DNA of 64,000 nt from Gemmatimonadales bacterium (GTDB lineage Bacteria; Gemmatimonadota; Gemmatimonadetes; Gemmatimonadales; GWC2-71-9). Within the stretch, counting starts at the first letter, position 1; each line of letters opens with the position of its first letter. A program made the translations under genes and the position numbers. The notes under the pieces are model-generated. The model saw nothing but the letters and a program-made list of their open reading frames with translations, was not told the DNA's origin and made no database searches. Where the stretch lies: NCBI GenBank assembly GCA_035760645.1, contig DASTSO010000024.1:87331-151330 (forward strand), written 5' to 3'. Shown here piece after piece: positions 45,032 through 55,268 of the stretch.

Positions 45032-46312
45032 TCATTCGGGATAGAGGAGAAACGGCTGCCGCCGCGCCCGGAAGCCGGCGAGCTCGGCCGCCCAGCCGTC
45101 CACGATCCGGTCCGGCGCCTCGCCCGCTACCAGCGCCCGGCGCAGGCGGTCGGTCCCGGCGAGCCGGTCGAAGTGGCGCTCGAGCCAGGCCAGCTCGCCC
45201 GCCGGCGCGCCGTGGCGCGCCACGACCGCGGCGAGGAGGTGCACCGCCGTCCGGGTCGGGTCGTAGCGGGCGCGGTCGGTCACGACGAGCCGGACGCCGC
45301 GCACCAGGGTGTCCGCATACTTCCCGTCCCCCGGCGCGTGCGGGGTGAACGCGACGCCCCGGAACTCGACCCCCGGGAGCCGCGCCGCGCGCACCCGCGC
45401 GAGCACCGCGGCGGTGTCGAGCCAGGGCGCCCCGACCTGCTCGAAGGGCGCCTCGCTCCCCCGCCCGACCGAGAGGTTGGTGCCCTCGAAGAGACAGGTC
45501 CCCGGGTAATGGATCAGCGCCTCGAGGGTGCGGAGATTCGGGCTCGGCGCGATGAACGGCAGCCCGGTGGCGTCGAAGTACATCGACCGGCGCCACCCGG
45601 CCGCGGGCACCACGGTGAGCGCGGTCGCGAGCCCCAGGTCGTTGCGCGCGAGCCGCGCGAGCTCGCCCAGCGTCATCCCGTGGCGCATCGGCACCGCCAG
45701 CGCGCCGACGAAGGTACGGTAGGCGGTGTCGAGCACGTTCCCCTGCACCGCCCCGCCGATCGGGTCGGGGCGGTCGAGCACGACGACCGGGATGCCGCGG
45801 CGGGCCGCCGCGCGCATCACCTCGATCGTGGTCGAGAGATAGGTGTAGTAGCGCGCCCCCGCGTCCTGCAGGTCCACGAGCAGGACCTCCACGCCCCCGA
45901 GCATCGAGTCGGTGGGGGCGGAAGTCCGGCCGTAAAGGCTGTAGATTGGTAGCCCGGTGGCCGAATCGATCGTGCTCGACACCGCCGCGCCCGGCGCGGC
46001 GGCGCCGCGGAAGCCGTGCTCGGGGCTGAAGAGCGCCACGAGCCGCACGCCGGCCGCGCGCAGGCGCTCGACGTCGCCCACGCCCGCGGCGTCCACGCCC
46101 GACTGGTTCGTCACGAGCCCCACGCGCCGGCCGCGCACGAGCGCGAGGCTGTCGGCGAGGAGGACGTCGATCCCCGGGCGGACGCGCGGGCCCGCGGCCG
46201 GCGTCGCGGTGGCCGCCGCCTGCAGCGGAGTCGTCCGCGCGCCGGGGGCGCAGGCCGCGCTCCCCCATCCCAACATCACCAGCAGCCCGAATCCAGCGAG
46301 TCGTCCGTGCAC
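45032..46312 (-). CDS. DUF1343 / NamZ-like exo-beta-N-acetylmuramidase candidate, lipoprotein
   Basis: Last 426 codons of the 994-aa run-on ORF; GTG at 46310-46312 preceded by GAGGGA; signal (V/M)HGRLAGFGLLVMLGWGSAAC; VGLVTNQSGV and FSPEHGFRG segments. Confidence 0.7.
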   Translation of the reverse strand: MHGRLAGFGLLVMLGWGSAACAPGARTTPLQAAATATPAAGPRVRPGIDVLLADSLALVRGRRVGLVTNQSGVDAAGVGDVERLRAAGVRLVALFSPEHGFRGAAAPGAAVSSTIDSATGLPIYSLYGRTSAPTDSMLGGVEVLLVDLQDAGARYYTYLSTTIEVMRAAARRGIPVVVLDRPDPIGGAVQGNVLDTAYRTFVGALAVPMRHGMTLGELARLARNDLGLATALTVVPAAGWRRSMYFDATGLPFIAPSPNLRTLEALIHYPGTCLFEGTNLSVGRGSEAPFEQVGAPWLDTAAVLARVRAARLPGVEFRGVAFTPHAPGDGKYADTLVRGVRLVVTDRARYDPTRTAVHLLAAVVARHGAPAGELAWLERHFDRLAGTDRLRRALVAGEAPDRIVDGWAAELAGFRARRQPFLLYPE

Positions 46313-48136
46313 CGTTCGTCCCTCGCAGCGTTGGCGGTCTCCGTCTCTGCGCTCACCGTGGCCTGCGCCCCGGCCGTCCGCGCGCCCGCGTCCGGGCTCT
46401 CGCCGGCCCAGGCGGGCTGGGCGCATCTCTCCACCGACCGGATCCTCGACTCGCTCTCGCTGCGCGACCGCGTCGCGCAGCTGGTCTGGCCCTGGGTGGA
46501 CGGCACCTACACGGCGTACGATGCCGAAACGTACACCCGGACCGTCGCGATGTGGGTGGACACGCTCCACGTCGGCGGGGTGCTCGTCTCGATCGGCTCG
46601 CCGCTCGACATCGCGGCGAAGCTGAACGACCTGCAGCGCCGCTCCCCGCTCCCGCTCCTGGTCGGCTCCGACCTCGAGAGCGGCACCTCGTTCCGGTTCG
46701 TCGGCGGGACGCCGACGCCGCCGAACATGGCGGTCGGCGCCGACGGACGCGAGCTCGACGCCTACGAGCTGGGCCGGCTCACCGCGCTCGAGGGGCGTGC
46801 GGTCGGCGTCCACATCGCCTTCGCGCCGGTGGCGGACGTGAACGACAACCCCCTCAACCCGGTGATCAACACCCGCTCCTTCGGCGGGGACCCGAAGGCG
46901 GTCGGCACGCTCGTCGCCGCGGCGGTGCGCGGGATCCAGGACCACGGGATGCTCGCCGTGGCGAAGCACTTCCCCGGCCACGGCAACACCGACACCGACA
47001 CCCACCTCGCGCTCCCCGCCATTCCCGGCGACTGGGCCCGGCTCGACTCGGTCGAGCTGGTCCCCTTCCGCCAGGCGATCGACGCGGGCGTGGGCGGCGT
47101 GATGACGGCCCACATCGTCGTGCCGTCGCTCGAGCAGGGAGCGCACCGCCCCGCGACGATGTCGCCCCCGATCCTCACCGGGGTGCTCCGCGACTCGCTC
47201 GGCTTCAAGGGGCTCGTCATCACCGACGCGCTCAACATGGGAAGCCTGGTGAACAACTTCCCCGGCGTCGAGCCCGCGATCGAGGCGCTCCTCGCCGGGG
47301 CCGACGTGCTGTTGCAGCCGGCCGACCCGAAGAAGCTGATCGACGGCGTCACCGCCGCGGTCGCGAGCGGACGCGTGCCCGAGGCGCGGCTCAACGAGGC
47401 GGTGCGCCGGGTGCTCGAGCTCAAGCGCCGCTTCGGCCTCTTCGCGCGGCGCACGGTCGCGCTCGACAGCATCCCTGCCGTCGTGGGCGACTCGGCCTTC
47501 CAGCGCCTCGCCGACCAGGTGGCCGCGCGCGCGATCGTGCTCGCGCGCGACAGCACGGGCGTCGTGGACTCGCTCCGCGCGCGTCCCTCGAAGCTGGCCC
47601 TCGTCACCTTCGGCGACGAGCGCAGCCCCGCGATCGGTCTCGCGCTCTCGGCGGAGCTGCGCGCGCGTGGCTACGGGGTCTCGCTCTTCCGCCTCTGGCC
47701 CAACAGCGGCCCGGCGAGCTACGACTCGGCGCGGGCCGTGCTCGCGAGCGCGCCGTCGGCGCTCTTCGCCGTCGCGGTGCGCGCCTATCCCTGGCACGCG
47801 AACCGGGTCGTGATCCCCGACGCCATGGCCGCTCTCATCGACGACACGGCCGACGAGCGCCCCGCCGCGCTCGTCTCGCTCGGCTCGCCCTACGTCTCGG
47901 CCCAGGTGCCGTGCGTCACGTCCTACCTGCTGGGCTGGATCTCGAACCCCACGACCGAGCGCGCGGTGGCGCGCGCGCTGAGCGGGGCGCCGATCACCGG
48001 CACGCTCCCGATCCACGTCGCGCCCGACCTCCCACTCGGCGCGGGGCTCCAGCGGCCGGGCATCGGTCGCTTCGCCGAGCGGGCCGACGAGCGGCCGGCG
48101 CCCGCGGCCCGCGCGGCCGAGCAGGCCGCCCGATGA
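46307..48136 (+). CDS. nagZ: glycoside hydrolase family 3 beta-N-acetylglucosaminidase (NagZ/YbbD-like), lipoprotein
   Basis: GTG at 46307; signal (V/M)HRSSLAALAVSVSALTVAC; KHFPGHGNTDTDTH, ITDAL.MG; two-domain length (609 aa). Confidence 0.8.
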   Translation: MHRSSLAALAVSVSALTVACAPAVRAPASGLSPAQAGWAHLSTDRILDSLSLRDRVAQLVWPWVDGTYTAYDAETYTRTVAMWVDTLHVGGVLVSIGSPLDIAAKLNDLQRRSPLPLLVGSDLESGTSFRFVGGTPTPPNMAVGADGRELDAYELGRLTALEGRAVGVHIAFAPVADVNDNPLNPVINTRSFGGDPKAVGTLVAAAVRGIQDHGMLAVAKHFPGHGNTDTDTHLALPAIPGDWARLDSVELVPFRQAIDAGVGGVMTAHIVVPSLEQGAHRPATMSPPILTGVLRDSLGFKGLVITDALNMGSLVNNFPGVEPAIEALLAGADVLLQPADPKKLIDGVTAAVASGRVPEARLNEAVRRVLELKRRFGLFARRTVALDSIPAVVGDSAFQRLADQVAARAIVLARDSTGVVDSLRARPSKLALVTFGDERSPAIGLALSAELRARGYGVSLFRLWPNSGPASYDSARAVLASAPSALFAVAVRAYPWHANRVVIPDAMAALIDDTADERPAALVSLGSPYVSAQVPCVTSYLLGWISNPTTERAVARALSGAPITGTLPIHVAPDLPLGAGLQRPGIGRFAERADERPAPAARAAEQAAR

Positions 48137-49374
48137 GCCGCGCGGCTCGCACGCCCCGGCTCGCCGCCGTCCTCCCCACCCTCCTCGCGGCAGCCGCTCT
48201 GGCGGCCTGCGCCCGCGCCCCCGAGCCCCCCGCGCCGCGCTGCGCCGTCGGGACCTGCGACTGGTCGCCGGTGACGCGCTATCTCGACAGCGCGGTCGCG
48301 AGCGGCGCGGCCCCCGGCGCGGTGCTCGGCGTGAGCATCGCGGGCGAGCGATTCGTCTACGGCACCGGCCGGCTCGGCCTCGCCGACTCGACCCGGCCGG
48401 GCCCGCGCACCGTGTACGACCTCGCCTCCCTCACGAAGGTCGTCGGCCTCACCACCGCGGCGATGATGGCGGTGGACGAGGGCCGGCTCGACCTCGACGC
48501 GCCGGTGCAGCGCTACGTCCCCGAATTCGCGGGGCCCGAGCGGGCGCGGGTGACGATCCGCCATCTCCTCACCCACTCCTCGGGTCTCCCCGCCTGGCGC
48601 CCGCTCTACCGCGAAGCCGCGACGCGGGCCGAGGCACTCGCGCTCGCCGACACGACCCCGCTCGAGGCCGAGCCGGGGACGCGCTTCACCTACTCCGACC
48701 TGGGCGCGATCGTGCTCACCCAGGCGCTCGAGCGCCTCTACGGCACGCGCCTCGACACGCTCCTCGAGCGGCGGCTCTTCCGGCCGCTCCGGCTGCGGGA
48801 TACGCGCTACCTGCCGCCCCCGGCATGGCTGCCGCGCATCGCCCCCACCGAGAACGACCCGTGGCGCGGCCGCATCCTCCGGGGCGAAGTGCACGACGAG
48901 AACGCGGCGCGGCTCGACGGCGTCTCGGGCCACGCGGGCCTCTTCGCCTCCGCCGCCGACCTCCTCACCTTCGGCGAGTGGCTCCTGGGCGAGCGCGACA
49001 CCGCCTCGGCCGCGGGCCGCGCCGGGGTGACGCGCCCCGGCGTGGCGCCGATGTTCTTCCGCCGCCAGGCGCTCCCGCCCGGCTCCAGTCGCGCCCTCGG
49101 CTGGGACACGCCGAGCGAGGGGAGCAGCGGCGGGACGCGGCTCTCGGCGCACGCCTTCGGGCACACCGGCTTCACCGGCACGTCCATCTGGATCGATCCC
49201 GACCGCCGGCTGGTGATCGTCCTGCTGAGCAACCGGGTGCACCCGACGCGCGAGAACAACCGCTGGGGCCCGGTCCGCGGCCGCGTCGCCGATCTCGTCG
49301 TGGGCACCCTCGCGAGCGCGCCGGCGGAGGCACCGGCGGGAGCGCCGGCCGAACCGCGGCCGGGAACCGAATGA
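48133..49374 (+). CDS. beta-lactamase-fold serine hydrolase, lipoprotein (AmiE/YbbE-like MurNAc-L-Ala amidase candidate)
   Basis: ATG overlaps the nagZ stop (ATGA); lipobox LLAAAALAAC; S-x-x-K = SLTK, YSD, HTGFTG. Confidence 0.7.
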   Translation: MSRAARTPRLAAVLPTLLAAAALAACARAPEPPAPRCAVGTCDWSPVTRYLDSAVASGAAPGAVLGVSIAGERFVYGTGRLGLADSTRPGPRTVYDLASLTKVVGLTTAAMMAVDEGRLDLDAPVQRYVPEFAGPERARVTIRHLLTHSSGLPAWRPLYREAATRAEALALADTTPLEAEPGTRFTYSDLGAIVLTQALERLYGTRLDTLLERRLFRPLRLRDTRYLPPPAWLPRIAPTENDPWRGRILRGEVHDENAARLDGVSGHAGLFASAADLLTFGEWLLGERDTASAAGRAGVTRPGVAPMFFRRQALPPGSSRALGWDTPSEGSSGGTRLSAHAFGHTGFTGTSIWIDPDRRLVIVLLSNRVHPTRENNRWGPVRGRVADLVVGTLASAPAEAPAGAPAEPRPGTE

Positions 49375-49438
49375 GGGCCGCGTGCGTTCCGATGGTCGGG
49401 AACGGCACAGCGGCGGCGCCCGCCGGCGCCCGCCGGCG

Positions 49439-49467
49439 TTGACGCTGCCCCGGCCGGCCGATAGGTT
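49439..49467 (+). promoter_or_regulatory. candidate promoter of erpA (TTGACG-17 nt-TAGGTT)
   Basis: Read directly, 50 nt upstream of the erpA ATG. Confidence 0.4.
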
Positions 49468-49516
49468 TTCCGGAGCGATACGACCGACGATCTCGGTTTA
49501 CTTCAAGGAGTCACGC

Positions 49517-49885
49517 ATGAGCACCACCGAGCAGCAGGCGCCCACGAGCGGCTTTCAGCTCATCCTCTCGGACCGCGCGGCGGCAGAGGTGAGGAAGTTC
49601 ATCGCCGCCGAGCAGGTGCCGGCGGAGACGGCGGGGCTCCGGGTCAGCGTCCTGCCGGGCGGCTGCTCGGGCTTCAAGTACAGCCTGAACATCGAGGAGC
49701 GTCCGCTGGAGGACGACCTGGTGCAGGAGATCAACGGCGTGCGCGTGTTGGTGGACGGCTTCAGCGCCCAGTACCTCAACGGCGTCACGATCGACTACAC
49801 GTCGAGCATGCAGGGCTCGGGGTTCACGTTCACCAATCCCAACGCCACCGGCGGCTGCGGCTGCGGGAGCAGCTTCACCGCCTGA
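49517..49885 (+). CDS. erpA: iron-sulfur cluster insertion protein (HesB/IscA/ErpA family)
   Basis: ATG preceded by AAGGAG; GCSGFKY and C-terminal CGCGSSF motifs; 122 aa. Confidence 0.9.
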   Translation: MSTTEQQAPTSGFQLILSDRAAAEVRKFIAAEQVPAETAGLRVSVLPGGCSGFKYSLNIEERPLEDDLVQEINGVRVLVDGFSAQYLNGVTIDYTSSMQGSGFTFTNPNATGGCGCGSSFTA

Positions 49886-49913
49886 GCCGCGCCGCAGGAC
49901 GCGGCGGTCCGCG

Positions 49914-49945
49914 GGGCCCCGACGAGTCGGGGCCCTTTTCCTTTC
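49914..49945 (+). terminator. rho-independent terminator of erpA
   Basis: GGGCCCCGA-CGAG-TCGGGGCCC followed by TTTTCCTTTCC. Confidence 0.8.
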
Positions 49946-50017
49946 CGCGCCCCCGCTGCACCTTTCTCCGTCCCGCGTCCGGCACCGCAGCCCGCTCACT
50001 CCTCAGCTCACCGGTCC

Positions 50018-51553
50018 GTGTCCCCACTCGACCTCGGCGTCATCGCGCTCTACTTCGTCCTCACCGTCGGCATCGGCCTCTGGGTGACGCGCCGCCAGAC
50101 CACGGCGAGCGACTACTTCCTCGGCGCGCGCGACCTGCCCGCCGTCGCCGTGCTCCTCTCGATCGTCGCGACCGAGACCTCCGCGCTCACGGTGATCTCG
50201 ATCCCCGGCATCGGCGCCCGCAGCGACCTGACGTTCCTGCAGCTGACCTTCGGCTATCTCCTGGGCCGCATCGTCGTGGCCTGGTGGCTGCTGCCGGGCT
50301 ACTTCCGCGGCGACCAGGAGACGGCCTACGCGCGCCTCGAGTCGCGCTTCGGGCCGGGCACGCGGCGGCTGGTCTCGCTCGTCTTCCTCGTCACCCGCTT
50401 CCTGGGCGACGGCGTGCGCATCTACGCCGGCGCGATTCCGCTCGCGCTGCTCACCGGCTGGAGCGTCCCGGTGGCGATCGTCGCGATGGGCGGGATCACG
50501 CTCCTCTACACCTATTTCGGCGGGCTCAAGGCGGTCGTCTGGGCCGACGTGATCCAGCTCGTCGTCTACCTCGCCGGCGGCGTCGCGGCGCTCGCCATCG
50601 CCTGGCACCTCGCCGGCGGGGCGGGCAGCGCGCTCGCGGCGGCGGCCGACGCGGGGAAGCTGCGCCTGATCGTCCCGCGGATCGACTTCACCGAGACCTA
50701 CACGCTCCTGGGCGGCCTCGTCGGCGGCGCGATGCTCTCGGCCGCCTCGCACGGCACCGACCAGCTCATCGTGCAGCGCCTGCTCGCCACCCGCTCGTTG
50801 CGCGACGCGCAGGTGGCGCTGGTCGGCTCGGGGGTCGTCGTGATCCTGCAGTTCCTCCTCTTCCTCCTGGTCGGCTCGGCCATCTGGGCGGCGGGCTTCG
50901 CGCCCGCCGGAATGAAGGGCGACGACATCTTCCCGCGCTTCGTCATCGAGCACCTGCCGGCGGGCCTCGCGGGGCTCGTCGTCGCGGGCATCCTCGCGGC
51001 GGCGATGAGCACGATCAGCTCGTCGATCAACGCCCTCGCGAGCTCGCTCACGCACGACATCTACGCGAGCTGGACCGGCCGGCACGATCCACGGCACCTC
51101 TACCGGGTGGGCCGGTTCTTCTCCGCCCTCTGGGGCCTCGGGCTCATCGGCTGCGCCCTCTTCTTCCAGTTCTACGCGAGCGGCAACGACACGCCGGTCG
51201 TCGTCCTCGCGCTGCAGATCGCCTCGGTGACCTACGGCGCACTGCTGGGCAGCTACATCCTGGCGACCCGGGTGCCGCGCGCGCGCGGGCGCGATGTGGT
51301 CGGCGGCGTCCTCGCCACGGTGGCGGTGATGCTCGTCGTCATCTTCGCGGCGCGTCTCGCCACGGAGCCCGGGCTCGCCTGGCTCGCGCCGGTAGGACGG
51401 CTCGCCTGGCCCTGGTATGTTCCGCTGGGCACGGCGCTCACCGTGCTCGCGGCGCTGGCGCTGAGCCTCCTGCCCGCCGGCGCGGGCGCCGCGAGCACCG
51501 CGCCGGCGGCCGAGGCGGAACGCGCCTCGCGCACGCCGAGCGGCGCGGTCTGA
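50018..51553 (+). CDS. sodium:solute symporter family transporter
   Basis: 511-aa ORF (GTG start), about 13 TM segments, DYFLGAR N-terminal motif. Confidence 0.8.
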   Translation: MSPLDLGVIALYFVLTVGIGLWVTRRQTTASDYFLGARDLPAVAVLLSIVATETSALTVISIPGIGARSDLTFLQLTFGYLLGRIVVAWWLLPGYFRGDQETAYARLESRFGPGTRRLVSLVFLVTRFLGDGVRIYAGAIPLALLTGWSVPVAIVAMGGITLLYTYFGGLKAVVWADVIQLVVYLAGGVAALAIAWHLAGGAGSALAAAADAGKLRLIVPRIDFTETYTLLGGLVGGAMLSAASHGTDQLIVQRLLATRSLRDAQVALVGSGVVVILQFLLFLLVGSAIWAAGFAPAGMKGDDIFPRFVIEHLPAGLAGLVVAGILAAAMSTISSSINALASSLTHDIYASWTGRHDPRHLYRVGRFFSALWGLGLIGCALFFQFYASGNDTPVVVLALQIASVTYGALLGSYILATRVPRARGRDVVGGVLATVAVMLVVIFAARLATEPGLAWLAPVGRLAWPWYVPLGTALTVLAALALSLLPAGAGAASTAPAAEAERASRTPSGAV

Positions 51554-51632
51554 GCCGCCGGCCGGGCACGCAGGCGAGAGGCTCCAAGCGCCCGGACGAC
51601 GGGCACGAGTACACCGAGCACGAGGACGAGGG

Positions 51633-52526
51633 ATGCGCGAGCTGTTCATCGGGGTGGACGTCGGCGGCACCAAGACGGTAGCCGCCGTGGGCGACGCGAC
51701 GGCGGAGCTGGGCCGCGCCGACGGCCCGGGCGCGGCGGTGCGGCCGGGCCGTGCGCTCGTCTCGGCGGGGACGATCACCGAGGTGGCGCGCCGCGCGCTC
51801 GCCGCGGCCGGCGCGATGCACGCGGCGGCAATGGTGGTGGGCGCCGCGGGCGCGGGCCGCGAGCCCGAGCGCACCGACCTGCGCGAGGCGCTCCGCGCCG
51901 AGGGGCTCGCCGAGCGCCTGGTCGTCACGACCGACATCGAGATCGCCCTCGCGGCGGCGTTCGGGCCCGGGCCGGGGATCGTGGTGAGCGCGGGCACCGG
52001 GAGCATCGCGGTGGGCCGTGATAGCCGGGGCGCGCTCCACCGCATCGGCGGCTACGGCTGGCAGATGGGCGACGAGGGGAGCGGCTACGCGATCGGCCGC
52101 GCGGCGCTCGGTGCGGTGGGCCGCGCCGCCGACGGCCGGAGCGCGCCGACGGCGCTCCAGGAGCGCGTCCTCGCCGCCACCCGCAGCGCGGACCTCGACG
52201 CCCTGGTGCGCTGGGCCGCGAGCGCGGGGCCGGCGGAGGTGGCGAGCCTCGCGCCGCACGTCCTCGCCGTCGCGGCCGAGGGCGACATCGTGGCGCGCGG
52301 GATCGCCGACTACGCCGCGCGCGAGCTCTCGCAGCTCGCCAAGCAGCTCCTCCCCGCCCTCGACGCCGACCGCCCCGTTCCCGTCGCCGTCACCGGCGGC
52401 CTCCTCGCCCCCGCCCGGCTCCTCTACGGCACCGTCCTCGAGAAGCTGCGTGAAGACTCCGACCTCGCCGTCCGCGATCAGCCGATCGACGCGGCGGCGG
52501 GGGCGCTGGCAATGGCGAGGAGCTAG
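51633..52526 (+). CDS. BadF/BadG/BcrA/BcrD-type ATPase (N-acetylglucosamine / MurNAc kinase family)
   Basis: 297-aa ORF; IGVDVGGTKT, GTGSIA, GWQMGDEGSG. Confidence 0.75.
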   Translation: MRELFIGVDVGGTKTVAAVGDATAELGRADGPGAAVRPGRALVSAGTITEVARRALAAAGAMHAAAMVVGAAGAGREPERTDLREALRAEGLAERLVVTTDIEIALAAAFGPGPGIVVSAGTGSIAVGRDSRGALHRIGGYGWQMGDEGSGYAIGRAALGAVGRAADGRSAPTALQERVLAATRSADLDALVRWAASAGPAEVASLAPHVLAVAAEGDIVARGIADYAARELSQLAKQLLPALDADRPVPVAVTGGLLAPARLLYGTVLEKLREDSDLAVRDQPIDAAAGALAMARS

Positions 52527-52610
52527 GCGGAGCGGCGGGAGCGAAAGGACACGGGCCTCCGGTGACGTCACCGGAGGCCCGTGCGTTTGCTGAGCTTCCT
52601 GCCGTCCCGG

Positions 52611-52611
<1 letters not shown>
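52526..52611. repeat. GGCGGGAC-type inverted-repeat element, full copy D; fills the convergent intergenic gap
   Basis: Arm GGCGGAGCGGCGGGAGC (52526-52542). Perfect 28-nt palindrome GGGCCTCCGGTGAC|GTCACCGGAGGCCC (52553-52580). Arm CCTGCCGTCCCGGC (52598-52611). Each outer arm begins with the G of a TAG stop codon on its own strand. Confidence 0.8.
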
Positions 52612-54173
<1,562 letters not shown>

Positions 54174-54259
54174 GTTTTCCGAAGATCGGGGATGGGCCTG
54201 ACCGCGCGACGCCCCTCGGGGCGGAGCCGGACAAAGTTAACCCCGGCGCCTGCCCGGTG

Positions 54260-55150
54260 CTACTTGCTCAGCAGCGTGAACGTCATCGGATAGGTGGAAG
54301 GCACCGGCAGCCCGGCCGGCGAGCGCGCGGGCCTGAAGCGGAAGCTCTGAAACACCTCGGCGAGCTTCTCGCGGTACTTCCGGTCCTGGATCTCGGGCTG
54401 GATCTCGAAGTGCTGCACCGTGCCGTCGGCACGGATCCAGAAGGTCACGACGATCTGCGCGCCGCGGAGCTCCTTCGGCGGCATGTCGTAGGGCAGCGTA
54501 CCCTGAATCCACTCGGGCGCCTTGATGGTGCCGCCCTCGCCGCCGCCCGTGCCGGGGCCGCTGCCGGGCCCCGTGCCCGGGCCCACGCCCGGCCCCACGC
54601 CGCCGCCGACCCCGCCACCCGCGCCGCCGCCGCCGCCCGCGCTCGCCGCACCGGCGGCGGCCGCGCCCGCCGGTGTGGTGGCCGGCGCGCTCGTCGCCTG
54701 TGGCGCGGCCGGCGGCGGCACGGGCGTGACCGCCTTCGGCGCCTCGGGCTTCGGCTCGGGCTCGGGCGGCGGCACCGGCTTCGGCGCCTCCACCGGCTTC
54801 GCCGCGGGGGGCGCGGGCGGCGCAGGGGCGGGCGCGCCGCTCGGCGGCAGCTCGATCTCGTGCACGCGGGGACCGCCGTTGCCGCCGCCGCCGCCCCCGC
54901 CGCTCCCGATCGGCAGGCCCAGCGCCCCGGCGACCGGCGTCGGATCCCACGGCGCGCCGGCGACGCGCACGACGAGCCAGATCAGCAGCGCGTGCAGCGC
55001 CAACGAGCCCACCAGCGCCATCCGGCGACGGCGGGGCCTCGCATAGAGCGATTCGGGCGCAGGACGGACCTTCGGCCGGCGCGGTGCCGGGGGCGCGTCG
55101 GACGCGTCCGGCGCGTCGGGTGAGGGGAGCGGAGCGGCGTTCACGGTCAC
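54260..55150 (-). CDS. TonB-like energy transducer with Pro-rich and unusually long Gly-rich linkers
   Basis: 296-aa ORF (GTG start, uncertain); TM LVGSLALHALLIWLVV; PAPAPPAPPAAKPVEAPKPVPPPEPEPKPEAPK; C-terminal domain FRFRPARSPAGLPV. Confidence 0.7.
   Translation of the reverse strand: MTVNAAPLPSPDAPDASDAPPAPRRPKVRPAPESLYARPRRRRMALVGSLALHALLIWLVVRVAGAPWDPTPVAGALGLPIGSGGGGGGGNGGPRVHEIELPPSGAPAPAPPAPPAAKPVEAPKPVPPPEPEPKPEAPKAVTPVPPPAAPQATSAPATTPAGAAAAGAASAGGGGGAGGGVGGGVGPGVGPGTGPGSGPGTGGGEGGTIKAPEWIQGTLPYDMPPKELRGAQIVVTFWIRADGTVQHFEIQPEIQDRKYREKLAEVFQSFRFRPARSPAGLPVPSTYPMTFTLLSK
54530..54640 (-). repeat. low-complexity GGN/CCN tract encoding GGGGGAGGGVGGGVGPGVGPGTGPGSGPGTGGGEGG
   Basis: Read from the translation (aa 171-207 of the TonB-like protein). 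A second poly-Gly run (SGGGGGGGNGG) lies at about 54872-54907. Confidence 0.8.
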
Positions 55151-55212
55151 AAGTTAACCGGTCCTGGGCGCGGGCTGTTCCTGGGAGACGTGAAGCGGGG
55201 GGGCCGAACGCA

Positions 55213-55242
55213 CGCGCGGGGACCCGTCTGGGTCCCCGCGCG
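55213..55242 (-). promoter_or_regulatory. 13-bp GC hairpin between exbD and the downstream TonB-like gene
   Basis: CGCGCGGGGACCC-GTCT-GGGTCCCCGCGCG; no U-tract. Confidence 0.55.
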
Positions 55243-55268
55243 GCGAACTGCCGGGTGGTACGAGCCTG

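Noticed and set aside
45032-48016. 994-aa minus-strand ORF
   Set aside because: Only the C-terminal 426 codons (DUF1343/NamZ-like) are credible. The upstream part is antisense to the clearly real GH3 gene.
54522-55046. 174-aa Pro/Gly-rich ORF on the plus strand
   Set aside because: Mirror image of the Pro/Gly linker of the TonB-like gene on the opposite strand. It has no start context and no TM or domain features.
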